A stretch of 36,909 bases of DNA from Anaerolineae bacterium (lineage in GTDB: Bacteria; Chloroflexota; Anaerolineae; B4-G1; DUEL01): the NCBI GenBank assembly GCA_029932895.1, contig JAOZPF010000001.1:1-36909 (forward strand), given 5' to 3'. Below the pieces are notes generated by a model that was not told the DNA's origin, made no database searches, and saw only the letters and a list, made by a program, of their open reading frames with translations. The position numbers and the translations under genes were made by a program. Below, piece after piece: positions 10,120 through 18,919 of this stretch (the first letter of the stretch is position 1; the number at the start of each line of letters is the position of its first letter).

Positions 10120-10194
10120 CACCTCCTTGATGGTTAGTTTGCTGGTCAGTTGGCTAGTTGGCTGATTGGCAGATTTGTCGGTATCACCTCCTTG
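10120..10194 (-). repeat. Degenerate 4/8-bp-period repeat flanked by a 10-bp direct repeat (CAAGGAGGTG)
   Basis: CACCTCCTTG at 10120-10129 and 10185-10194 encloses TGGT-TAGT-TTGC-TGGT-CAGT-TGGC-TAGT-TGGC-TGAT-TGGC-AGAT. Confidence 0.65.
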
Positions 10195-11105
10195 TCGAGG
10201 AAGGCGTTGTCAAAGAACGTCACCACGCGCTGTTCCCACTCCTCTGGAGCCACGTCCAGGTACCCGCCGTGCCAGCAGCCAGGGACGATCCACAACTCTT
10301 TGGGCTCTCCCGCTCGCGCCAATTGCTCGCCGGGGTGCGCGTTTTCTGCTTCCAGCTCTCCGTAGATGAGGAGCAGTGGACGCGGGCTGATGCGGTCGAT
10401 GACCGCGATGGGACTGATCTCGCGGGCGTCCACGCCGGTCTCGATTCGGAAGGCCAGCATGACGGTCCAATAGACCAGGTTTTCCCACGGGGAGTTGCGC
10501 TTTCCCTTGTTGCAGATGTCCGCTGCCAAGTCGTAAAATCCTCCCTCGGCGATCACGGCCTCGATGCGGTCGTCCTGCGCTGCGCCAAGCGTGGCGGTCA
10601 CTCCGCCCAGGGAATAGCCCAGCACGCCCACGTGAGCCACCTCCGACCGTGCCCGCAACCACGTCACCATTTCCACCAGGTCGGCTGCTTCCTCGTAGCC
10701 CAGGGTGGACAGCCCCTCTGGGTGAGCGCAGGAGCGCGTCTCGGTCAAGAGCAGACCGTAGCCGTGGCGGGCCAGGATCGCCCCGGCCCGCAGCATCCCG
10801 TCCCGTCCCCCACCCAGGCCGGGCAGCAGGATGATCACAACGCCGTTCTGCGGCAGGACGTACCAGGCGCGGAGGGTCAGCCCATCATGGCCGTGGTAAG
10901 TTACGTCCTGCGCTCCTGTGATGCCCATGTCGCTGGGTGTGCTGCCCGTCTCCTGGCAGCCGGGATGGGTGAGGTTGTGGGCGTAGATGGCTCCGGACAT
11001 CACGCCGGAGCCAACCAGCGTGCCCGCAACGCCCGCGGTCACGGCCACAAGCGCCAGCCTTGCCAGGCGCAACCAGTATGAACGGTCCCGCTGCACGAAG
11101 CTCAT
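10146..11105 (-). CDS. Membrane-anchored alpha/beta hydrolase
   Basis: ATG 11105; N-terminal hydrophobic helix; GYSLG nucleophile elbow; ISPRPLLLIYG; GCWHGG catalytic His. Confidence 0.85.
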   Translation of the reverse strand: MSFVQRDRSYWLRLARLALVAVTAGVAGTLVGSGVMSGAIYAHNLTHPGCQETGSTPSDMGITGAQDVTYHGHDGLTLRAWYVLPQNGVVIILLPGLGGGRDGMLRAGAILARHGYGLLLTETRSCAHPEGLSTLGYEEAADLVEMVTWLRARSEVAHVGVLGYSLGGVTATLGAAQDDRIEAVIAEGGFYDLAADICNKGKRNSPWENLVYWTVMLAFRIETGVDAREISPIAVIDRISPRPLLLIYGELEAENAHPGEQLARAGEPKELWIVPGCWHGGYLDVAPEEWEQRVVTFFDNAFLDKEVIPTNLPISQLAN

Positions 11106-11143
11106 TTTACTCCAAAGAGGGGAAATCGAAAAGGGGCAGAGTG

Positions 11144-11176
11144 GGGCTGCGCCAGCGTCACGGGCCGGCGCAGCCC
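11144..11176. other. Intergenic inverted repeat
   Basis: GGGCTGCGCC-13 nt-GGCGCAGCCC. Confidence 0.5.
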
Positions 11177-11208
11177 GGTTTTGCGTCGAGATGTGTGCGG
11201 TCGGAGGG

Positions 11209-12522
11209 CTACCCGAACCGCTCCCGTACAATTTCCTCCAGCGTCGGCTGGCCGATCACCTCCAGCTCGTACCGCACCCGGTCCATCGGGTGGCGGATGT
11301 CGATGACCCGCCGCAGGTCGATGGGCGTGGCTGCCAGGACCAGGTCGCAGTCGACGGCGTTGATCGTCTCCTCCAGGTCCTTTACCTGCGCCTCGCCATA
11401 CCCCATTGCCGGTAGCAGCGTGCCGGTGTGGGGATACTTGGCAAAGGTGGCGGCGATGGAGCGGACGGCGTAAGGGCGCGGGTCGACCAGCTCGGCTGCG
11501 CCGAACCGCCGCGCGGCTACCACGCCAGCCCCGTAGGTCATCTCGCCGTGGGTCAGCGTCGGGCCGTCCTCGATCACCAGTACTCGCTTGCCCCGCACCG
11601 CCGCCGGATCCTCCACAAAGATGGGGGAGGCGGCATCCACTATGACGGCCTGTGGGTTGACGGAGCGGGTGTTGTCGCGCACCTCGGCCACTTTCTCATA
11701 GTCGGCGGTATCCACCTTGTTGATCACCACCACATCGGCGGCGCGCAGGTTGGCCTCGCCGGGGTGGTAGCGTAGCTCGTGCCCGGCCCGGTGCGGGTCC
11801 GCTACGGTGATGAACAGATCGGGCTTGTAGAACGGCAGATCGTTGTTCCCGCCGTCCCACACCACCACGTCGGCCTCCTCCTCCGCCTGGCGCAGGATCG
11901 CCTCATAGTCCACCCCAGCATAGACTACTACCCCGCGGTCGATGTGTGGCTCGTACTCCTCCCGCTCCTCAATGGTACACTTGTGCCGGTCTAGGTCGGC
12001 ATAGGTGGCGAACCGCTGCACTGCCTGAGCGACCAGGTCGCCATAGGGCATCGGGTGGCGAACCACGACCACCTTTTTGCCCATTGCCTGCAACACGTCA
12101 CACACGTGCCGCGTGGTCTGGCTCTTGCCACAGCCGGTGCGCACGGCGCAGACCGCCAGCACTGGCTTGGTGCTCTTGAGCATTGTCGAAGCGGCTCCCA
12201 TCAGCCGAAAGTCCGCCCCGGCTACCAGGACCTGAGAGGCCTTGTGCATCACCACCTCGTGGGGGACGTCGGAGTAGGCAAAGATCACCTGGTTGACCTC
12301 ATAGCGGCGGATCAGGTCGGATAATTCCTCCTCGGCATAGATGGGGATGCCCTGGGGGTATAATTTACCCGCCAGTTGCGGCGGGTAGCGGCGGCCCTCA
12401 ATGTTGGGAATCTGGGTGGCAGTAAAAGCGACCACCTCGTAATCTTGGTTGTCGCGGAAGTAGACGTTAAAGTTATGAAAGTCGCGCCCGGCGGCGCCCA
12501 TGATGATCACTCGGTTTTTCAT
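11209..12522 (-). CDS. COG2403 P-loop protein (often annotated cyclic 2,3-diphosphoglycerate synthetase/GTPase); probable ArcE-type arginine synthetase
   Basis: Motifs IMGAAGRDFHNFN, AFTATQIP, AVRTGCGKS, RHPMPYG, TIEEREEYEPH, WDGGNND and EDGPTLTHG. Confidence 0.85.
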   Translation of the reverse strand: MKNRVIIMGAAGRDFHNFNVYFRDNQDYEVVAFTATQIPNIEGRRYPPQLAGKLYPQGIPIYAEEELSDLIRRYEVNQVIFAYSDVPHEVVMHKASQVLVAGADFRLMGAASTMLKSTKPVLAVCAVRTGCGKSQTTRHVCDVLQAMGKKVVVVRHPMPYGDLVAQAVQRFATYADLDRHKCTIEEREEYEPHIDRGVVVYAGVDYEAILRQAEEEADVVVWDGGNNDLPFYKPDLFITVADPHRAGHELRYHPGEANLRAADVVVINKVDTADYEKVAEVRDNTRSVNPQAVIVDAASPIFVEDPAAVRGKRVLVIEDGPTLTHGEMTYGAGVVAARRFGAAELVDPRPYAVRSIAATFAKYPHTGTLLPAMGYGEAQVKDLEETINAVDCDLVLAATPIDLRRVIDIRHPMDRVRYELEVIGQPTLEEIVRERFG

Positions 12523-13019
12523 TTTCCCTCCGTTTTCCGTGATTTCGGCGCACGTGCGGGGTGTGTGCCCGGTTCGTCTTGCTCGGCCGCGCGCGCCCGC
12601 GTGCGGCGGACGATCTCGTCCTTCACCGGCACCAGCGCCCCCAGCACGCCGTTGACAAAGCGGGAGCTGCTATCCGACCCGAACTGCTTGGCTAGTTCCA
12701 CCGCCTCATTGATGACGACCTTGACAGGGGTCTCCTGGGTCACAGCGAATTCGTAGAGGGCCATGCGGAGGATGTTGCGGTCGATGTAGGCCATCTGCTC
12801 CAGTGGCCATTCGGGGGCGTATCGCTGGATGAACGGGTCCAGCAGATCCTGATATTGGAGGACGCCCAGGGTGAGGTGGCGGGCGAAATTGGCGGTCGCC
12901 TCCGATATCTCGTTCTCCTCCAGCCGTTGTTGGAGCACCAGCTCGGGAGGGTGGTGGGCGCAGTCGATCTCGTAGAGTGCCTGGATAGCGATGGTGCGAG
13001 CGCGGCGGCGAGCTTTCAC
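12519..13019 (-). CDS. nusB: Transcription antitermination factor NusB
   Basis: GTG 13019; motifs RRRARTIAIQALY, DRNILR, INEAVELAK and FVNGVL. Confidence 0.95.
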   Translation of the reverse strand: MKARRRARTIAIQALYEIDCAHHPPELVLQQRLEENEISEATANFARHLTLGVLQYQDLLDPFIQRYAPEWPLEQMAYIDRNILRMALYEFAVTQETPVKVVINEAVELAKQFGSDSSSRFVNGVLGALVPVKDEIVRRTRARAAEQDEPGTHPARAPKSRKTEGK

Positions 13020-13023
13020 AGCT

Positions 13024-13374
13024 TTACTCGGTGCGTTCCGTTTCCGGGGCGGGGACAATGTCCTCGATGGTGACGTTGACGGCCTCGACCTGTAAGCCGA
13101 CCAGGTCCTCAATGGCTCGGGCGACCTCATCCTGAATCTGGTGGGCCAGCGCCAACATGCTCCGTCCCGCCTCGGCGACAATGTGCAGGTCCACCCGCAC
13201 GTTGCCGTCTTGGACCGTGATCTGGAACCCGTCCTGAAGCCCCAATACTCGCTTCAGGCCGAGGGGTGGGGTCAAGCGAGCCACCCCCGGCACGGCCAAC
13301 GCCGTGAGGCGCACGATGGTTCCCAGGGCATCGGGGGAGACCGTGATCATGCCGTATGATGGGACCTTTTCCAT
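13024..13374 (-). CDS. Asp23/Gls24 family protein
   Basis: Motifs ALAVPGVA, IQDEVARAIE and VEAVNVTIEDI; classic position upstream of nusB. Confidence 0.88.
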   Translation of the reverse strand: MEKVPSYGMITVSPDALGTIVRLTALAVPGVARLTPPLGLKRVLGLQDGFQITVQDGNVRVDLHIVAEAGRSMLALAHQIQDEVARAIEDLVGLQVEAVNVTIEDIVPAPETERTE

Positions 13375-13398
13375 ACCAATCCTTCCGCCCGTTATCTT

Positions 13399-14154
13399 TT
13401 AGCCGGACATTACCAATCCGCCGTCTACTGGCAGCACTGCGCCGGTGATAAAGGCGGCCTCGTCGGAGGCCAGGAATGCCACGGCGTAGGCGATCTCTTC
13501 CGGCCTGCCGGCTCGCCCAAGCGGCGTCGTCTCGATGGCCTTTTGGCGCAGCTCTTCTGGCAGGTCTGCTGTCAGGTCGGTGGGGACAAGGCCGGGGGCG
13601 ACGACGTTGACGGTGATGCCACGCGCTCCCAGTTCCTTGGCCAAGCTCTTGGAAAAGCCAATGACGCCGGCTTTGGCCGCGCCATAGTTGGTCTGGCCGC
13701 CCTGCCCGGCGATGCCGACCACGGAGGAGATGTTGATGATGCGTCCATATCGCTGGCGCACCATCGTGCGCGCCGCTGACTTGCAGGTGTTGAACAGGCT
13801 CTTCAGGTCCACCCGGATGACCGTGTCCCAATCCTCTTCCTTCATCATCATTATGACCTGGTCGCGGGTGACGCCAGCGTTGTTGACCAGAATATCCAAT
13901 CGCCCATAGGTGTCCAGCGCGGTCCGCACGAGTGCTTTGGCCTGGTCGAACTCGGCGACGTCTGCCTGTGCGACTATTGCCTCGCCGCCCGCGGCCTCGA
14001 TGGCGGCGACGGTCTCGGCGGCGGCGGCATCGTTGCGGTTGTAGTTGACCACCACTTTGGCGCCCCGGCGGCCTAGTTCCTGGGCGATGGCCCGGCCGAT
14101 GCCGCGCGAGCCGCCGGTCACGATGGCGACCTTTCCTTCTAGGGATTTGCTCAT
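13399..14154 (-). CDS. fabG: 3-oxoacyl-ACP reductase
   Basis: Motifs TGGSRGIG, NNAGVTRD, NISSV and YGAAK; downstream of fabD. Confidence 0.93.
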   Translation of the reverse strand: MSKSLEGKVAIVTGGSRGIGRAIAQELGRRGAKVVVNYNRNDAAAAETVAAIEAAGGEAIVAQADVAEFDQAKALVRTALDTYGRLDILVNNAGVTRDQVIMMMKEEDWDTVIRVDLKSLFNTCKSAARTMVRQRYGRIINISSVVGIAGQGGQTNYGAAKAGVIGFSKSLAKELGARGITVNVVAPGLVPTDLTADLPEELRQKAIETTPLGRAGRPEEIAYAVAFLASDEAAFITGAVLPVDGGLVMSG

Positions 14155-14173
14155 GCCGATTTACCCTCGTACG

Positions 14174-15097
14174 CTATGCAGTCCTGCCCAGCAATTGGGC
14201 AGTGGTCAGCCGTTCCACCGTCCGGTCGATGCGACGCAAAAGGCTGGTGAGCACGTTGCCCGGCCCAACCTCGATGAGGCGGGTGACGCCGTGGCTGGTG
14301 ATCCAGCGGATCGAGTCGGTCCAGTGAACGGGGGAGGTGAGTTGCCGGGCCAGGGCCTGGCGGATCTGGTCGGGGTCGGTCAGTGGCGTGCCGGTGGTGT
14401 TGGAGACGAAGGGGACCTGCGGTGGGCGGAGGACGACACGCTCCAGAGCTTCCTTGAAGGCAGCGGCGGCCTCGGCCATCAGTGGGGAGTGGGCGGCGAT
14501 GCTGACGGCCAGCCGCAGCACCCGTTTCGCTCCGCTCCTCTCCAGTGCTGCTATTCCCTCCTCCAGGCTGCTCTTGTCGCCCGAGATCACCACCTGGCCC
14601 GGGCAGTTGTCGTTGGCGATGCCCACGTACCCGCCGGTCACCTCGCAGGTTTGGGCGCAGACAGCCTCGACGGTGGAGCGGTCCAGGCCGATGACGGCGG
14701 CCATGCCGCCGGGCTGTCGCTTCCCGGCCTGGCTCATCAAGCGGCCGCGCTCGCGAACCAGGAGCAGTGCCTCTTCGAAAGACAGCGCCCCGGCCGCTAC
14801 CAGGGCGCTGAATTCGCCCAGACTGTGTCCGGCCACAAAGGCGAGTTGTTCCAGATCCGTCCCCAGTGCTCGCAGCGCCGCGATGCTTGTCGTCAGGATG
14901 GCGGGCTGCGTGTTCGCTGTCTCGTTCAGTTCCTCCGCCGGCCCCTCGAAACAGAGACGAGAGAGGCCAAAGCCCAGGATCTGGTCTGCCTGGGCATAGA
15001 CAGCGGCTGCGGCAGGGATGTGAGCGTATAGTTCTTTCCCCATCCCAACGTATTGGGACCCCTGCCCTGGGAATTGGAGTGCCAGAGGCTGGCTCAT
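14174..15097 (-). CDS. fabD: Malonyl-CoA:ACP transacylase
   Basis: ATG 15097; motifs FPGQGSQ, GHSLGE and EVGPG. Confidence 0.95.
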   Translation of the reverse strand: MSQPLALQFPGQGSQYVGMGKELYAHIPAAAAVYAQADQILGFGLSRLCFEGPAEELNETANTQPAILTTSIAALRALGTDLEQLAFVAGHSLGEFSALVAAGALSFEEALLLVRERGRLMSQAGKRQPGGMAAVIGLDRSTVEAVCAQTCEVTGGYVGIANDNCPGQVVISGDKSSLEEGIAALERSGAKRVLRLAVSIAAHSPLMAEAAAAFKEALERVVLRPPQVPFVSNTTGTPLTDPDQIRQALARQLTSPVHWTDSIRWITSHGVTRLIEVGPGNVLTSLLRRIDRTVERLTTAQLLGRTA

Positions 15098-15107
15098 TTT
15101 CAAAATG

Positions 15108-15293
15108 CTACTTCTCTTCGATCTTGATGACCTCTCGACCCTGGTAGGTGCCACAGTTCGGACAGGCCCGATGTGGGAGCATAGGCTGCTTACACTGCGG
15201 GCATAGTACCAGTTGAGGAGGCCTCAAGGCGCTGTGGGCCCGGCGTCGCTTGCGCCGTCCGTTGGAAATCCTGCGCTTGGGAACGGCTCCCAT
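15108..15293 (-). CDS. rpmF: 50S ribosomal protein L32 (Zn-binding form)
   Basis: MGAVPKRRIS...CPQC...HRACPNCG. Confidence 0.97.
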   Translation of the reverse strand: MGAVPKRRISNGRRKRRRAHSALRPPQLVLCPQCKQPMLPHRACPNCGTYQGREVIKIEEK

Positions 15294-15343
15294 ATGATCC
15301 TCTCCTTCATTAGAATTCCCGCCGGGAGGGCGGGCGTGGCGGT

Positions 15344-15372
15344 ATTATAGATGCAAGCGGGCAACCTGTCAA
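15344..15372 (-). promoter_or_regulatory. Consensus sigma70 promoter of the rpmF-fab operon
   Basis: TTGACA-17 bp-TATAAT, a perfect consensus. Confidence 0.9.
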
Positions 15373-15439
15373 GGCTACTGGTTGGGCGGATTGCGCCACC
15401 GCTCTGGTACGGTATGGTGATTCTTTTTCTCCTCACCGG

Positions 15440-15467
15440 TTGACTTTTCCATCGCGTCCATTACAAT
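15440..15467 (+). promoter_or_regulatory. Putative promoter of glyA-gcvT
   Basis: TTGACT-16 bp-TACAAT. Confidence 0.6.
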
Positions 15468-15501
15468 ACGGCCGCGGTGGAGACCCTGTGGGAGGTGTGC
15501 G

Positions 15502-18500
15502 GTGGACGATTTTCTGTTTCGGGATGACCTGGGGACTCTGGACCCAGCCATCGAACGGTTGATTGAGCTGGAGGCGGAGCGACAGGCGCGCAAGCTGATC
15601 ATGATTCCCTCGGAGAGCAGCACCCCCCGCGCCGTCCGCCAGGCGCTGGGCTCTGTCTTTACCAACATCTATGCCGAGGGATACCCGCTGCCGGAAACAC
15701 GTTGGATGGCGGAGGAGCAGCTCCTGGACTATGAGGCTCAGTTGGTCGCCCATCGGCGCTATGGCGACCTGCGTTACTATATGGGCGTGGAGTATGCCGA
15801 CATCGCAGAGGCGCTGGCCAGACGGCGCTGCGCTGATGCTTTTGCCACAGATAATATCCCCGCCGACCGTATCTATGTCAACGTCCAGCCTCTATCTGGC
15901 GCTCCGGCCAACATCGCCGTCTACGAGGCGCTGCTCAAGCCGGGCGATACGATCCTGGGGATGGAGCTGACCCACGGCGGTCATCTCTCCCACGGTAGCC
16001 CGGCCAACGTCTCCGGTCAGCGGTACCATGCGGTCCATTACCGCGTCGATCCCCGCACCGAGCTGCTGGATTATGAGCAGATCGAGGAGATGGCGCTGGA
16101 GCATCGGCCCAAGATCATTGTCGCCGGCTATACCTCCTACCCCCGTCTGCCCAATTGGGCCAAGTTCCGCCGTATCGCCGACCGGGTGGGGGCCTATCTG
16201 TTGGCCGACATCGCCCACGTGGCGGGGATGGTCATCGCCGGAGCTTATCCCACCCCCCTCGGCCATGCCCACGTCATCACTTTTACCACTCACAAGACCC
16301 TGGCTGGCCCGCGGGGCGCCTGTATCCTCACCACCGATCCTCTCATTGCCCGCCGCGTCGACCACGCTGTCTTCCCCGGGCTGCAGGGTGGACCGCATGT
16401 CAACAAGTTCGTGGCGATGGCTGTCGCTTTCCGCTTGGCCCGCACCGAGTCCTTTCACGCTCTCCAGCACCAGATCGTCGCCAATGCCAAAGCGTTAGCC
16501 CAGGCACTCCAGGAAGAGGGGATGCGCATTCCCCACGGCGGCACCGACACACACCTGCTCCTGGTCGATTGCAAGACCGTCGTTGGCCCCTTTGGCGAAC
16601 CGCTGCTGGGCGATACGGCAGCCCGCATTCTCGACCAGGTGGGCATTGTCTGTAATCGCAATACCATCCCCGGCGATCCCTCGCCGGCCCTCGCCAGCGG
16701 CATCCGCCTGGGCACTCCCTGGGTCACCCAGCGCGGCCTGCGAGAGCCCGAGATGGTGGAATTGGCCCACCTGATTGCCGGGACGCTCAAGGCGATCCGG
16801 CCCACCACCTATCCCGGTCGGCACGGCCTGGTCCACCGGGGCCGGGTAGATTTTGATACCCTGGAGGAGGCCAGGCTGGCGGTCGCGGAACTGGCCGACA
16901 AGGCCGGCATCGACTGGGAGGTCCGCTGCTCTGGCTATCCTCACCATTGCCTCATCACCGACATCCGACCATTGGAACGGGAGTGGGGATTGATCGAACT
17001 GGAGGGCAACAGTGTGGCTCCGTTCCTCGACCTGGCGCTGGTGGAGCCGGTGGACGGCCTGGAGCCGGGTCAGTACCGGCCAGCCACGCTCCTGGGGGCC
17101 GACGGGCGACCGATGGCACGCGGCTTTCTCTCCCGCCCCACTTTCCGCTACCAGCGGTACCGGCTGGTCGTGCCATCTGACCGCATGCGGCGGGTGCTGA
17201 CCTGGCTGCGCGATCTCTCGGATGGCTATGTCCTCTTCGATCCGCACGACCTGCAGGCCAAGCTGCCCGGCCCGGTGGTGGTGCGCAACTTGGGAGGGAC
17301 CGACGCGCCAGGGGAATTGCCCGCGGACGAGGGTTTCGAGCCGCCCCTCTCGTTCAAGCCGGCCTACATCGGACTTTCGGTCCATCGCCAAGCCGAACCG
17401 GCAGGCGACCCGCTTCCTCCTTTCGAGTGGCAACCGGGCGAGCAGCCCCTGCGCCGGACAGTGCTCTACCAGGCCCACAAGGAGCTGGGTGCCCACTTTG
17501 TCTCCTTTGGCGGCTGGGAGATGCCGGTTCGGTACGGCCCTGTGCTGGACGAGCACCGGGCGGTGCGCGGGGCGGCCGGCCTGTTCGATGTGGGCCACAT
17601 GGGTATCTTTGAGGTCTCTGGTCCCTTTGCCACCGCCTTCCTCGACCTGGTGACGACCAACGACGTCAACCTGCTGCGGCCAGGACATTCCCACTATGGC
17701 TTCCTGCTCGACCCGGAGGGGCATGTCTTGGATGACCTGCTGATCTATATGCGCGACCCCGACCAGTATATGCTGGTCGTCAATGCCGCCAACACCGAGA
17801 AGGACTGGGCGTGGCTGAACGCGGTCAATGAGGGTCGGGTGCGCATCGATCCGGACCGGCCCTGGGTCCGCCCCTCTTTCCGCGCCGAGCTCGTGGATAT
17901 GAACGCGCCAGGCCAGGAACACAACTGGCGGGTGGACCTGGCCCTGCAAGGGCCGCGGGCGCGTGACATCCTGTTGGATTGGCTGGATGCCAGCCCTCAG
18001 GGCCCGGCCGCGGCCGAGATTCGAGGCCGGTTGCTGGGACTGCGGCGAACAGAGCTGGTCGCGCTCCAGTGGCCGTGGCCCGATGCCCCCGGCGGTGTCT
18101 TTGACCTGCTCGTCGCGCGCACCGGCTACACCGGTGAGCAGATGGGGTTCGAGCTCTATGTCCACCCCGATTGGGCCGTGCAGCTCTGGAACTTGCTTCT
18201 GGAGATCGGCGCTCCCTCCGGCCTGCGTCCCGTGGGGCTGGCGGCCCGCGACTCGCTGCGTATCGAGGCAGGGCTGCCCCTCTACGGCCACGAGTTGGCC
18301 GGCCCGCTCGACCTGCGACCGGATGACGCCGGGCTGGAGGGGTATGTCAAGGTATACAAGCCATTCTTTGTGGGGCGGGAATCCCACCGCCGCCACCTCG
18401 CGGAGCACAAGATGCAGGTGGTCCGTTTCCGCATCGAGGAATCGGGTGTACCTATGCCCAACCAGGGCGACCGGGTGGTTGAGCGGCGAGGGCGCGTGAT

Positions 18501-18711
18501 CGGCGAGGTGACCTCATGCGCGCTGGACACGGAGGGAACTCTGGTGGGCATGGCCTGTGTGGACCGGCGGTTCGCGGAACCAGGTGAGGAGCTAAATATC
18601 TTTGCCCCGGCGCGCAAGCCCACTGGAAAGCCGCTGGACGAGTTGGAGATAGGGGACCGAGTCCCCCTTGCCGTGGAGGGCGTTGTGCTGGAGCGGTTTC
18701 CTCGTTGGTAG
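15502..18711 (+). CDS. glyA-gcvT: Fused serine hydroxymethyltransferase / glycine cleavage T protein (aminomethyltransferase)
   Basis: SHMT motifs YAEGYP, GGHLSHG, TTHKTL and GIRLGT; GcvT motifs FGGWEMP, LFDVGHMG, RTGYTGE and ARDSLRIEAG. One continuous 1069-aa frame with GGAGG RBS and GTG start. Confidence 0.95.
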   Translation: MDDFLFRDDLGTLDPAIERLIELEAERQARKLIMIPSESSTPRAVRQALGSVFTNIYAEGYPLPETRWMAEEQLLDYEAQLVAHRRYGDLRYYMGVEYADIAEALARRRCADAFATDNIPADRIYVNVQPLSGAPANIAVYEALLKPGDTILGMELTHGGHLSHGSPANVSGQRYHAVHYRVDPRTELLDYEQIEEMALEHRPKIIVAGYTSYPRLPNWAKFRRIADRVGAYLLADIAHVAGMVIAGAYPTPLGHAHVITFTTHKTLAGPRGACILTTDPLIARRVDHAVFPGLQGGPHVNKFVAMAVAFRLARTESFHALQHQIVANAKALAQALQEEGMRIPHGGTDTHLLLVDCKTVVGPFGEPLLGDTAARILDQVGIVCNRNTIPGDPSPALASGIRLGTPWVTQRGLREPEMVELAHLIAGTLKAIRPTTYPGRHGLVHRGRVDFDTLEEARLAVAELADKAGIDWEVRCSGYPHHCLITDIRPLEREWGLIELEGNSVAPFLDLALVEPVDGLEPGQYRPATLLGADGRPMARGFLSRPTFRYQRYRLVVPSDRMRRVLTWLRDLSDGYVLFDPHDLQAKLPGPVVVRNLGGTDAPGELPADEGFEPPLSFKPAYIGLSVHRQAEPAGDPLPPFEWQPGEQPLRRTVLYQAHKELGAHFVSFGGWEMPVRYGPVLDEHRAVRGAAGLFDVGHMGIFEVSGPFATAFLDLVTTNDVNLLRPGHSHYGFLLDPEGHVLDDLLIYMRDPDQYMLVVNAANTEKDWAWLNAVNEGRVRIDPDRPWVRPSFRAELVDMNAPGQEHNWRVDLALQGPRARDILLDWLDASPQGPAAAEIRGRLLGLRRTELVALQWPWPDAPGGVFDLLVARTGYTGEQMGFELYVHPDWAVQLWNLLLEIGAPSGLRPVGLAARDSLRIEAGLPLYGHELAGPLDLRPDDAGLEGYVKVYKPFFVGRESHRRHLAEHKMQVVRFRIEESGVPMPNQGDRVVERRGRVIGEVTSCALDTEGTLVGMACVDRRFAEPGEELNIFAPARKPTGKPLDELEIGDRVPLAVEGVVLERFPRW

Positions 18712-18874
18712 GGGTAGGGCAATCGCAGGTCTCGCGCCCCTCCGGACCGCCCGCCGCCTGGGTTTGGCTCCCAGGGCTTGGCTGTTCGGTCGCGCTGCAA
18801 GCGTGATCTCGGTCGTCAGCTCCTGGATTGCTAGTTTGGCCTACTTTGGCCAAGCCCTGCGAGGCGAATCAGGA

Positions 18875-18902
18875 TTGACTTCCCCAGAAAAACAGGTATG
18901 AT
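18875..18902 (+). promoter_or_regulatory. Putative promoter of tRNA-Val
   Basis: TTGACT-16 bp-TATGAT. Confidence 0.6.
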
Positions 18903-18919
18903 TGAAACGGTTGACCCGT

